Source: Nanobdellota archaeon (GTDB lineage Archaea; Nanobdellota; Nanobdellia; Pacearchaeales; GW2011-AR1). From it: a stretch of 40,428 nt of DNA. The notes below the pieces were generated by a model that ran no database searches, had not been told where the DNA came from, and was given only the letters and a program-made list of their open reading frames with translations. Every line of letters begins with the position of its first letter. The first letter of the stretch is position 1. Below are positions 17,123 to 26,292 of the stretch, in pieces. Location of the stretch: NCBI GenBank assembly GCA_038043805.1, contig JBBTBG010000023.1, positions 1 through 40,428 on the forward strand, written 5' to 3'. A program made the position numbers and the translations under genes.

Positions 17123-17679
17123 ATGTTTGAAAATAAGACATTCAAGAAAAACGCAGAAGCAGAGATAAGACTATGCAGGGCAGGGATTGGAAACATGCGT
17201 TGCGTGTTGTGGAATGGGTGTGGAAACTTGGTAACGGTAGAAGCGATTTGTCACTTCTGATTGCAGCAGCATACATCCATGATATTGGCTGGCGCAATGT
17301 GCTGCCTTCGCAAAAGATTTCGTTTGACGAGTTGCTTCGATTCGAGAGGCAAGCAAATGAAAATTCAGAGCCTTATGCGCACGAGTTTCTTGAGAAGAAT
17401 GATTTTCGTGAAACAGAGATAGTTATGATTCTTCGCCTGGTTGCTGCTGCTGATGCGCATCAATCGCAGAAAGAAGATGAAGCAGTCATTGTTGATGCAG
17501 ACAATTTGAGCAAATTGTGCATCGAGCATTTGCAGGAGAAATATCGGAAAGAAGAGTGGAAAAAGATGGCTCATATGTGGGAGCAAGAATTTCCTTCGCG
17601 AATGAGGACAAAACAAGGGAGAGAAATCTTTCTCGATCTTCTACAGAAATTGATGGCCGCTGTCGAAGCTGCTTCTTGA
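17123..17679 (+). CDS. HD-domain phosphohydrolase, apparently frameshifted near its 5' end (track start 17173)
   Basis: DWKHALRV, AAYIHDIGW and IVDADNLSK motifs. An upstream frame from ATG 17123 (MFENKTFKKNAEAEIRLCRAG) joins it if one G is added at 17183-17185. Confidence 0.72.
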
Positions 17680-17721
17680 TTAGATATGTTTAAAATCCTC
17701 TGTTAAGTGTTACAAAGATAT

Positions 17722-17796
17722 GCCCTCGTAGCTCAGCCCGGATAGAGCATTGGGGTCCTAACCCAAGGGTCGTAGGTTCAAATCCTATCGAGGGCG
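17722..17796 (+). tRNA. tRNA-Arg(CCT), CCA not encoded
   Basis: Acceptor gccctcg/cgagggc, D stem gctc/gagc, anticodon arm ttggg-gtCCTaa-cccaa, T loop ttcaaat. Confidence 0.93.
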
Positions 17797-17842
17797 TTAT
17801 CTACAGCAATATTTAAAACCTCAAGTTCAATATTTAGGTTAA

Positions 17843-17928
17843 GCGCCTGTAGTACAATGGTTAGTATAGCTGGTTTCCAAGACACTCGAAAAAACCAGTT
17901 GACTCGGGTTCGACTCCCGACAGGCGCA
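17843..17928 (+). tRNA. tRNA-Gly(TCC) with a 14-nt intron at position 37/38 (17880-17893)
   Basis: Acceptor gcgcctg/caggcgc; anticodon stem gctgg/ccagt; intron agacactcgaaaaa forms a BHB (central helix tttc/gaaa, bulges caa and aaa). Confidence 0.93.
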
Positions 17929-18004
17929 TCATCAAGACCACCTTGATGTTCCTACCGATAAAGCAAAGAAAGCGTACACCACTTTGAAGGCTCCATAGAA
18001 AAGA

Positions 18005-18526
18005 TTAGGATAATTCATTATAAATCGACCAATATCCTTTCAGTAGAAGTGTTGTTTTTCCCACTAACACTTCTACGCTTGAAGAACCTGATTGAAACGA
18101 GGTTTTAATTGTTGTCTTGTCCTTTATCATTTTAATTGCTTCATCTTTTGTTGTTATGATACGAATGTCAGGGCTCTTACTGCTTCCTTTTAGAACAATA
18201 ATTTCTCCTTTTTTGACTTCCAAGGCATAAGTTGTTCCAGAAACATCAACTTCAATCTTAGGAGCATTAGAGGTAAAAGGGACATTACGAAGGCGCTGCG
18301 CTCCGATGCTCCAAAGAAGGTATGAAACAAAAGATTCATCAAACTTCGCGAGTGCTTGTTCTTCACTCAGACCGTTAAGAGGATTTGCAGGAGTAGATGT
18401 CTTTGCCGAAGAAAAGATAGCAAATGCCATTGTTTTTCCTACCAGTACAAGTGCAAGCAAAAGCACAACAATTCCTATCACAATGAGTGCCTTCTTTTTC
18501 TTAGAATCAGCCGCTTTTTTCCTCAT
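18005..18526 (-). CDS. Membrane-anchored protein with a possible SCP2 (sterol carrier)-like domain
   Basis: Basic N-terminus plus one TM; C-terminal YALEVKKGEIIVLKGSSKSPDIRIITT resembles SCP2-fold segments. Start moved to ATG 18526 by TATA spacing. Confidence 0.6.
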   Translation of the reverse strand: MRKKAADSKKKKALIVIGIVVLLLALVLVGKTMAFAIFSSAKTSTPANPLNGLSEEQALAKFDESFVSYLLWSIGAQRLRNVPFTSNAPKIEVDVSGTTYALEVKKGEIIVLKGSSKSPDIRIITTKDEAIKMIKDKTTIKTSFQSGSSSVEVLVGKTTLLLKGYWSIYNELS

Positions 18527-18608
18527 ACAATCATAAGCAGGCATCTCTATTTAATAATTTTTGCTTCTTGACATCACGTTTAAAAACCCTTGAGCTGATA
18601 GGAAGGAT

Positions 18609-19814
18609 ATGGAAGAACAGGTGCATCACACTCATCAAGAAGGGAAAAATTGGTATGATCGCCATCATAAAACTCTTCTAATTATTCCTATAATTATGCT
18701 TCTTGCCTCTCTCTTATATTTAGCCGCATTCTATCAACAGCACGGAGATCTTATTCAAAAAGACGTTTCGCTTACTGGAGGAACAAGCATTACGGTTTTC
18801 GATAACGAGATAGATAGCAAGGTTATTCAAGAATCTCTCAAACGCCAGTTCCCAGACCTAGCCATGCGCTCTATTTCAGATATAAGGACAGGGAGGCAGC
18901 ATGGTTTTACTGTTGAAAGCCAGCAATCTGCAGATGTTCTTAGAGAAGCGTTAGAAAAACAATTAGGCTATAATCTCACGAGTGAAAATTCATCTACAGA
19001 ATTTTCAGGATCTGCATTATCATCAGGATTCTATACTCAGCTTATTCATGCAGTCATCGTAGCTTTCTTACTTATGGGCTTAGTGGTATTTATCATCTTC
19101 GGAACTTCTCTACGCATGAAACTTCTTTCAGGAATGATTACCTCAGTTTCAGTCAACTTACTTTTTAATACAGTAACTCTTCTTAGCTTTCTAGCAGTCT
19201 TTGGTTTTCTTCTGAGTTTCTTAGGATATGCATATGCACTACGCAAAGCAGCTGATAAAAAACAGGCTCTTCTCGAATTCATTATTGTAGCAGTTTTAGG
19301 AATTCTATTAATGAATTTTTCTTCTCTGCAATCTTTTCTTCCTTTTTCAGTTTATATTCTACTAGCTCCGCTCATCATATTTATTTTTGTTATCTACACG
19401 TTTCAGTCAGTACCTAGCATTGCAATCATCATTGCAGCATTTGCAGATATCATCATGACGCTCGCAGCCGTTGACGTATTAGGAATGCGCATTTCTGGAG
19501 CAGGCATAGTCGCATTTCTGATGTTAATAGGATATTCTGTAGACACAGATATTCTTCTCACCAGTAGATTGCTCAAAAATCACGAAGGAAGCATTAACAG
19601 CCGAATTTTAGGGGCATTTAAAACAGGTATAACGATGACCCTTGCAGCTATTGCAGCCGTAGCAGTCTCTCTAGCAGTAATTTATTCCTTCTCAGAAACG
19701 CTCAGGCAGATCTTTCAAATTATTCTTATCGGGCTTTTCTTCGATATTTTTAATACATGGATTACGAACGCTTCAATATTGAAATGGTATATGGAGGCGA
19801 GAAAGCTGCCATGA
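18609..19814 (+). CDS. secF: Protein translocase subunit SecF with an internal membrane insertion
   Basis: DVSLTGGTSIT, SVPSIAIIIAAFADI, AFLMLIGYSVDTDILLTSR, DIFNTWITNASIL. Confidence 0.9.
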   Translation: MEEQVHHTHQEGKNWYDRHHKTLLIIPIIMLLASLLYLAAFYQQHGDLIQKDVSLTGGTSITVFDNEIDSKVIQESLKRQFPDLAMRSISDIRTGRQHGFTVESQQSADVLREALEKQLGYNLTSENSSTEFSGSALSSGFYTQLIHAVIVAFLLMGLVVFIIFGTSLRMKLLSGMITSVSVNLLFNTVTLLSFLAVFGFLLSFLGYAYALRKAADKKQALLEFIIVAVLGILLMNFSSLQSFLPFSVYILLAPLIIFIFVIYTFQSVPSIAIIIAAFADIIMTLAAVDVLGMRISGAGIVAFLMLIGYSVDTDILLTSRLLKNHEGSINSRILGAFKTGITMTLAAIAAVAVSLAVIYSFSETLRQIFQIILIGLFFDIFNTWITNASILKWYMEARKLP

Positions 19815-21316
19815 AAATAACATTACGTATTTGGATTCTTATTATTGCATTGATTTTATCTATCTTAGCAATTCAACCAAGCTTTAAGTCAGGTGTAGTG
19901 ATTAAATCGGTGGATAAGGATTCTCCAGCTTTTGAAGAAGGCCTGCGTCCAGGAGAGATTATTATAGCACTCAACGGAGAAAAAATAAACACTCTCGAGG
20001 AGTATGGAAAAATATCAGCAGATTTTCTTCCCAGTACAGAGCAAAAGAAAATTACTCTCTCTACCAATAAACGAGAATATACTTTTTTCACAAACGAGAC
20101 TCTTGCATTGACTGTCCAGAATATTCCCAAGAGCAACATTAAGACCGGACTTGACTTACAAGGGGGTGCGAGAGCACTCGTACAGCCTAACGCAACGCTC
20201 ACCGATGCACAGCTTGATGATCTTATCCAAATCAGTAACAATCGTTTTAACGCATATGGGCTTTCAGACGTTCAGATTCGCGGTGTAAACGATCTAGAAG
20301 GCAACAAATTTATGCTCATCGAAGTTGCAGGGGCAACCCCTCAAGATCTCGAGGAGTTGGTTTCTCAGCAGGGAAAATTTGAGGCAAAGGTAGGAAATAA
20401 TTCAGTATTTGAGGGTGGAAAGCAAGACATTAGCGGAGTATGTCGAAATGATGCAAGCTGCGCAAGCATTACAGAATGTGCCCCTCAGCAGGGCCAGTAC
20501 TTCTGTAATTTTCAATTCGCAGTCTATCTTGTTGAGTCAGCAGCCAAGCGTCATGCATACATAACGAAAAATATCACTCTTGATCCAACTGACTCACGTT
20601 ATCTTTCTGAAAAACTCTACTTATACGTCGACGATAAAGAAGTAGATTCTTTGAGAATCAGCACAACTTTACGAGGTCAGGAAACAACACAAATTTCTAT
20701 TCAAGGATCAGGCACAGGGGCTACTGAAGACGAAGCTCTTAAAGAAGCACGAGCATCGATGAAAAAGCTTCAAACCATTCTGATTACTGGAAGTCTTCCC
20801 TACAAACTCACTATAGTCAAACTTGACACTATTTCACCTAATTTAGGTAATGAGTTTACTATCTTGATTCTTCTTGCAGGAGTCTTATCATTAGTAGTCG
20901 TTAGTATTATTATATTCATACGCTACAGAAAAGTGAAGGCCTCACTCGCACTGCTTTTCACGTCCTTCTCCGAGATTATTATTATTCTAGGTGTTGCAGC
21001 ATTCATCAAATGGAATTTAGATTTGCCAAGTATTGCAGGTATTCTTGCGACCATAGGTACAGGCGTCGATAGCCAAATTGTTATTATTGATGAGGCTCAG
21101 ACAGGTAGATCACACAGCATTAAAGAAAGAATCAAGCGCGCCCTATTTATTATCTTCTCAGCATATGCTGCATCTCTTTCATCCCTTATTCCTCTCTACT
21201 GGGCAGGAGCAGGCCTCTTCCAAGGGTTTGCCATTACAACAATTATAGGAATCACTGCGGGCGTCTTCATATCGCGTCCAGCTTTTGCAGATATGATTAA
21301 GAAGACAGAAGAATAA
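19811..21316 (+). CDS. secD: Protein translocase subunit SecD with an N-terminal PDZ domain
   Basis: PDZ-like GVVIKSVDKDSPAFEEGLRPGEIIIALNG, GLDLQGG, ISPNLG, LDLPSIAGILATIGTGVDSQIVI, LFQGFAITT; ATGA overlap with secF. Confidence 0.92.
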   Translation: MKITLRIWILIIALILSILAIQPSFKSGVVIKSVDKDSPAFEEGLRPGEIIIALNGEKINTLEEYGKISADFLPSTEQKKITLSTNKREYTFFTNETLALTVQNIPKSNIKTGLDLQGGARALVQPNATLTDAQLDDLIQISNNRFNAYGLSDVQIRGVNDLEGNKFMLIEVAGATPQDLEELVSQQGKFEAKVGNNSVFEGGKQDISGVCRNDASCASITECAPQQGQYFCNFQFAVYLVESAAKRHAYITKNITLDPTDSRYLSEKLYLYVDDKEVDSLRISTTLRGQETTQISIQGSGTGATEDEALKEARASMKKLQTILITGSLPYKLTIVKLDTISPNLGNEFTILILLAGVLSLVVVSIIIFIRYRKVKASLALLFTSFSEIIIILGVAAFIKWNLDLPSIAGILATIGTGVDSQIVIIDEAQTGRSHSIKERIKRALFIIFSAYAASLSSLIPLYWAGAGLFQGFAITTIIGITAGVFISRPAFADMIKKTEE

Positions 21317-21346
21317 AATTATAAATCATCTTTTCCTATAAGAAGT

Positions 21347-21787
21347 ATGTTACCACGATGGCACATTGTTTTGGGAGCAGTGTTTACACTTATTTTAGCT
21401 CTATTCGTCTCAGGCATCAGCATTTGGTATCTTCTTCTTCTATTTTTAGCCTCCTTCTTAATTGATTTTGATCATTATATTTGCGGTGTTACACACACAA
21501 GAAGCTGGAATCTTTTTCACAATTTCGAATATCATAAAAAAATGGAGAAAATATTGCGCACCGAGAAAGCGCGTGGAATCAGAAGGAAAGGAGACTTTCA
21601 TCTTTTCCATACTGTAGAATTTCATACTCTCATAGGCATTCTCGGGATTTTCTGGACACCTCTATTTTATATTTTTGTTGGTATGTTCTTCCATTCTATG
21701 CTCGATCTTTTTACTCTTATTCATAAAGACTATCTCTACACTAGGGAATATTTCTTTTTTAATTGGATTGCAAAAAAGTTTGAATAA
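21347..21787 (+). CDS. Membrane-bound metal-dependent hydrolase (YdjM-like)
   Basis: PRWH, IDFDH, LFHTVEF and FHSMLD His/Asp motifs between hydrophobic segments. Confidence 0.7.
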   Translation: MLPRWHIVLGAVFTLILALFVSGISIWYLLLLFLASFLIDFDHYICGVTHTRSWNLFHNFEYHKKMEKILRTEKARGIRRKGDFHLFHTVEFHTLIGILGIFWTPLFYIFVGMFFHSMLDLFTLIHKDYLYTREYFFFNWIAKKFE

Positions 21788-21802
21788 AAAATACTTTCAA
21801 AA

Positions 21803-22246
21803 TTAGTGTTTATGAAAAGAGACATATTCTTCAAGTTTCTTTAAACTGACATTTCCTTGATAAAACTCAGGCATTAGAGTTACAGGATCCAATGGATTTC
21901 TATCAGGAGCACCGGTGTAAACTTTAGCATGGCTTCTTTCAGGAACAAAAAATAAGGTGCCTTTTTCACCTAAGGGTACGCGTTCCATTCCAAGACTATC
22001 AAGAAGTTTTCTCTTTTCATCTCTCAACCAGATACCATCATTGCCTGCAGAAATGGTTATCGCTTGCCTAACAAGATAGTTAGTATGTGCTACTTTGCTG
22101 GTCGCAATATTGCCAATCAAGTTGTAAAGCTGAAAACAAAGACCTAGGGTTACAAGCGAAGCTATTATTGAAGCTGGATAATTAATTCTTGGTCTCATAA
22201 AAAAAGAGAAATCACTCTCTTTATCAATGTATCTGTCATAAGTCAA
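21803..22246 (-). CDS. Hypothetical protein with one TM segment
   Basis: 147-aa ORF with a TTG start overlapping the upstream stop; alternative ATG at 22198. Confidence 0.6.
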   Translation of the reverse strand: MTYDRYIDKESDFSFFMRPRINYPASIIASLVTLGLCFQLYNLIGNIATSKVAHTNYLVRQAITISAGNDGIWLRDEKRKLLDSLGMERVPLGEKGTLFFVPERSHAKVYTGAPDRNPLDPVTLMPEFYQGNVSLKKLEEYVSFHKH

Positions 22247-22518
22247 AGAAAGCTTGCAACTCCCTTTGCAATAAGTAGAAACGCACTAGTCCAGAGACAA
22301 ATAGTAGGGAGTGCGAAGAATAGAGAAACGATCAAAAAGAGGGAAGAAAAAAGGTCAACAACGCTCAATAAATCTCCTCCTAAAATAAATAAGCTTTTGC
22401 AGAAGAGCAGTCCTGCGCAAAAGAGAAGATATTGTGCAGGCACAGTCATGCTAAAAGTGAGCATAAGAAATACCGTTGCAGAGATTAAGTCAATGCTTCC
22501 AAGTACTTTAACAAACAT
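22243..22518 (-). CDS. Small hypothetical membrane protein
   Basis: 91 aa, hydrophobic, internally repeated (..DL....F..+ L..K. motifs). Confidence 0.72.
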   Translation of the reverse strand: MFVKVLGSIDLISATVFLMLTFSMTVPAQYLLFCAGLLFCKSLFILGGDLLSVVDLFSSLFLIVSLFFALPTICLWTSAFLLIAKGVASFL

Positions 22519-22582
22519 GAAAAAAGCATAAATGAAAGAGTTGATAAAGTTTACGGTAGGAAGAACACTTAATCCTAATGTG

Positions 22583-22647
22583 TCAAGAATTACATTCTAG
22601 AAAAATTCTTGAGTACTTTGGGATTCTTTGTAGACGAAGAATCCCAA
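22583..22647. promoter_or_regulatory. Two tandem inverted repeats directly upstream of the GT2 operon TATA box
   Basis: tcaagaatt-N12-aattcttga (22583-22612) and ttgggattctt-N8-aagaatcccaa (22618-22647); TTTAAAAA at 22650-22657. Confidence 0.6.
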
Positions 22648-22678
22648 TGTTTAAAAACATCTGCAGACAGGAAAAGAG

Positions 22679-23629
22679 ATGGAAAAGCCGTTCTTAAGCG
22701 TGATAGTACCTATGTATAATGAAGAGGGAAACGCACAAAAACTTTACGAAGAAATTAAAGCTATTAGCACAAAAATGATGAAACAAGGATTATTAAAGGA
22801 TTTTGAGGCTATATTCGTGAATGATGGAAGTAGAGATCGTACGCAGGAAGTCCTTCAAGAGCTTAAGAAGAAAGAGAAAGAGCATCTTAAGGTTATAGAA
22901 TTTAGGAAAAACTTTGGTCAGACACCTGCTTTGAAAGCAGGTTTTGCAATTACCAAAGGAGATATAATTGCAACAATGGATGGTGATTTACAGAACGATC
23001 CTGCAGACATTCCTCTCCTCCTGCAAAGATTGCACGAAGGATATGATGTTGTCTCAGGCTGGCGTGTGAATCGACAGGATGCACTCGGAAAAAAATTTTC
23101 CTCACGCCTAATAAACACTCTCCGAAAAAGAATGCTTAAAGACGACCTTAATGATTACGGTTGCGCCCTCAAACTATACAAAAGAGAATGTATCAAAGAC
23201 TTACAACTTTTCGGAGAATCACATAGATATATCACAGCATACTTAGCAATCAAAGGATATCGTATCGGGGAAGTAAAAGTAAATCATCGTCCAAGATACT
23301 CAGGTAGAACAAAATATGGTTTTGGAAGAGCAATCAATGGAATTCTCGACCTATTCTATCTTAAATTCTGGTCAAACTTCTCAGATAAACCACTTCATTT
23401 TTTTGGCCGATTAGGTATCTATCAATGGATACTCGCACTAATGATAGGTATTGAGCAGATTATTAAGGCTCTTATTGTTCGTGAATTGACATTCGGTCCT
23501 TTGCTTGCTCTTGCTTCCATGCTTATCATTACAGGGTTGCTATTTGTTATATTCGGATTTCTTTCAGAAATGATGTCCCGAAGCTATTTCAAAAATGAAA
23601 CTGTGTACTCTATAAAGAGTACCCTATAA
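22679..23629 (+). CDS. GT2 polyprenyl-phosphate glycosyltransferase (ArnC/GtrB/DPM1-like)
   Basis: SVIVPMYNEE, VNDGSRD, NFGQTPAL, MDGDLQNDP, DYGCALKLY, HRPRYSGRTKY, two C-terminal TMs. Confidence 0.92.
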   Translation: MEKPFLSVIVPMYNEEGNAQKLYEEIKAISTKMMKQGLLKDFEAIFVNDGSRDRTQEVLQELKKKEKEHLKVIEFRKNFGQTPALKAGFAITKGDIIATMDGDLQNDPADIPLLLQRLHEGYDVVSGWRVNRQDALGKKFSSRLINTLRKRMLKDDLNDYGCALKLYKRECIKDLQLFGESHRYITAYLAIKGYRIGEVKVNHRPRYSGRTKYGFGRAINGILDLFYLKFWSNFSDKPLHFFGRLGIYQWILALMIGIEQIIKALIVRELTFGPLLALASMLIITGLLFVIFGFLSEMMSRSYFKNETVYSIKSTL

Positions 23630-23630
23630 A

Positions 23631-25520
23631 ATGTGTGGAATTTTAGGGTTTAATTGGGAAGATACTAGGCTTTTGAGAAAGTCGCTTTTAACAATCGAAC
23701 ACCGAGGACCAGATGCACTTGGAACTTTCTTCGACAGAGGAATATCTCTAGGGCATAGGAGGCTAAGTATTTTAGATCTCTCTCGAGCAGGAAAACAACC
23801 AATGTCAAATGAAGATGGAACAATTTGGATTGTTTTCAATGGGGAGATATACAATTTTGAGAAATTGAAGTCTAAACTCAAGCAAAGGCATATTTTCAAA
23901 TCAAGGACAGATACAGAGTTGCTCATTCATCTATACGAAGAAGAAGGAACAAAAATGGTAGAAAAATTAGAAGGTATGTTTGCTTTTTGTATTTATGACT
24001 CTAAGAAAAAAATTCTTTTTCTAGCAAGAGACAAAGCAGGAATAAAACCTCTTTATTATTATTCGTATCAAAATAAATTTATTTTCTGTTCAGAAATAAA
24101 AGGGCTTTTAGAAGAGCAGAGTATAGAAAGAGAAGTTAACAAAGAAGCTCTTGTTTCATATCTGATGTTTAGAGCAAATACTTCCAAAGAAACATTTTTT
24201 AAAAATATTTTCAAACTATCTGCAGGACATGTTCTTCTTTATAATTTAAAAAACAAAACCCACACAATAAAAAAATATTGGGATTATACTCCTTCTCCAA
24301 CAAACATCTCTTTAGAAGAAGCAACTAAGAAACTGCGTTCTCTCTTAGAAGATTCTGTAAAAGGACAATTAATGTCAGATGTTCCATACGGCATGTATCT
24401 TTCAGGAGGAGTTGACTCAGGGGCTATAGCTACTTTAGTTAAAAAACATGCCACTCAACCGTTAAGAAGTTTTTCAGTAGGATTCACAGAAGAAGAACAT
24501 AATGAGACTAAAGAGGCGCGTTTTCTAGCAGAACATATAGGTTCAGAACATAGGGAGTTATTAATAGATAAGAAAGACATTAAACACCTTCCAGAAATAG
24601 TCTATCAAGGAGATGAACCTATGTCAGATCCTACGGCTTTACCGATCTATCTTCTGTCTCAAATGGCTAAAAAACACTGCACAGTTATTCTTACTGGTGA
24701 GGGAGCGGATGAACTTTTCGCAGGATATCCTCAATATAAATTTATGGCTCTCCATCAAAAAATTTTAAAGCCTTTACCAAGATTTGTCAGAAAAACTGGA
24801 GCAAGCATAGTTTCTTCTTTGCCAAATGCTGTGTTAAATAAGGGTTTTTCTTTTGCTTCAGCTTTGGGAAAAAAAGGAAAAGAACGTTTTACAAAATTTG
24901 CATCAGCTAATTCATTTGCAGAGCAATATATTCAGCAGGTTGCAATATTTAATGAAGAAGAACAGCAAGAACTATTAGGTAAAAAAAATAATCTCTACAG
25001 TAAATATCAAGAAAAATATTTTTCAGATAAAAATTCTAATTTTCTAGGAAAATGCCAACGTTTAGATTTAAAAGAAAGCATGGTTGATGACTTACTTATG
25101 AAATTAGATAAGAATGCAATGGCTTTTTCTATTGAAGGAAGAGTACCTTTTCTAGATGGGAGAATAATGGATTTAAGCGCTAAATTGCCAGATTCTTATA
25201 AATTACAAGGGAGCAATAACAAAATAATTCTTAGATCTGCGGTCAAAGATATTCTACCGCCACAAACTTGTCAAAGAAAGAAAAAACACTTCTTTGTTCC
25301 GATAGAAAGTTGGTTAAATGAAGAACTATCTTCACTTAAAGAACAATTGCTATCTAAGGAATTTATAGATAAACAAGAGATTTTTAAAGCTACAGAGATA
25401 GAGAAAATCATTAAAGGCATGAAAGATTCACGTCTTTTCTATGCAAGGCAAATCTGGTCACTTTTAGTTTTCCAGATTTGGTATCAAGAATATATTCAGC
25501 ATGAAAAAATCAGACTTTAA
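23631..25520 (+). CDS. asnB: Asparagine synthase (glutamine-hydrolysing)-like amidotransferase, probably acting on a glycan
   Basis: MCGI N-terminal nucleophile, HRGPD, HRRLSILDL, FNGEIYN, LSGGVDS, LTGEGADELFAGY, EGRVPFLD. Confidence 0.93.
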   Translation: MCGILGFNWEDTRLLRKSLLTIEHRGPDALGTFFDRGISLGHRRLSILDLSRAGKQPMSNEDGTIWIVFNGEIYNFEKLKSKLKQRHIFKSRTDTELLIHLYEEEGTKMVEKLEGMFAFCIYDSKKKILFLARDKAGIKPLYYYSYQNKFIFCSEIKGLLEEQSIEREVNKEALVSYLMFRANTSKETFFKNIFKLSAGHVLLYNLKNKTHTIKKYWDYTPSPTNISLEEATKKLRSLLEDSVKGQLMSDVPYGMYLSGGVDSGAIATLVKKHATQPLRSFSVGFTEEEHNETKEARFLAEHIGSEHRELLIDKKDIKHLPEIVYQGDEPMSDPTALPIYLLSQMAKKHCTVILTGEGADELFAGYPQYKFMALHQKILKPLPRFVRKTGASIVSSLPNAVLNKGFSFASALGKKGKERFTKFASANSFAEQYIQQVAIFNEEEQQELLGKKNNLYSKYQEKYFSDKNSNFLGKCQRLDLKESMVDDLLMKLDKNAMAFSIEGRVPFLDGRIMDLSAKLPDSYKLQGSNNKIILRSAVKDILPPQTCQRKKKHFFVPIESWLNEELSSLKEQLLSKEFIDKQEIFKATEIEKIIKGMKDSRLFYARQIWSLLVFQIWYQEYIQHEKIRL

Positions 25521-26292
25521 TGTAGGAGCTTCAGGATCTACTGAACGATTCGGATATGAGTGGGACACCTACGCAAAAATTATTCCCGAGTACGAAGGGC
25601 AATTTCTTAAATGGGTTGCGCCTCTAGAGAAAAAAGATTTTAAAGGAAAAAAAATTCTTGATGCAGGTTGTGGTATAGGTAGAAACTCTTATTGGCCTTT
25701 GCAGTACGGAGCTAAAGAAATTGTTGCTTTCGATTACGATCCTAGAACAGTAGAGGTAGCAAAAAATAACCTTGCACCATTTAAGAATGCAAATGTGCGA
25801 TTGGGCTCCATTTACAATATCTCTCAGAAAAGAGTCTTCGACATTGCATTTTCTATAGGAGTTATTCATCACCTTGCTGATCCAAAAAAAGCCGTTGCAC
25901 AGTTAGTAAAGGCAACAAAAAAAGGAGGAACTGTGCTAATTTGGGTTTATGGATATGAGGGAAATGAATGGATTGTAAATTATATCAACCCATTAAGAAA
26001 GATAACCTCGCGTCTTCCGTTAAAATTTGTTCATCTACTAACCTATTTCTTCTCCATTCCTCTCTATTCTTATGTAAAAATTTTCTCACCTCAACATCCT
26101 TATTTTAAACAACTCTCACGTTTTAGGCTTTGGCATACTCATAGTATTGTTTTTGATCAACTCATTCCAAAAATTGCAAACTATTGGACAAAAGAAGAAG
26201 CGCGCAGTCTCTTTGAAGGACAAGGATTAAAAAATATTCAAGTTTATAGAGTGAATGACAACTCATGGACAGTCATGGGAACCAAACAATGA
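25501..26292 (+). CDS. Class I SAM-dependent methyltransferase
   Basis: ILDAGCGIGR, FDIAFSIGVIHHL, KGGTVLIWVY. Confidence 0.9.
   Translation: MKKSDFNVGASGSTERFGYEWDTYAKIIPEYEGQFLKWVAPLEKKDFKGKKILDAGCGIGRNSYWPLQYGAKEIVAFDYDPRTVEVAKNNLAPFKNANVRLGSIYNISQKRVFDIAFSIGVIHHLADPKKAVAQLVKATKKGGTVLIWVYGYEGNEWIVNYINPLRKITSRLPLKFVHLLTYFFSIPLYSYVKIFSPQHPYFKQLSRFRLWHTHSIVFDQLIPKIANYWTKEEARSLFEGQGLKNIQVYRVNDNSWTVMGTKQ

Noticed and set aside
17021-17928. tRNA cluster as an integration site for a provirus or island
   Set aside because: No integrase, and I saw no duplicated tRNA 3' end elsewhere in the window.
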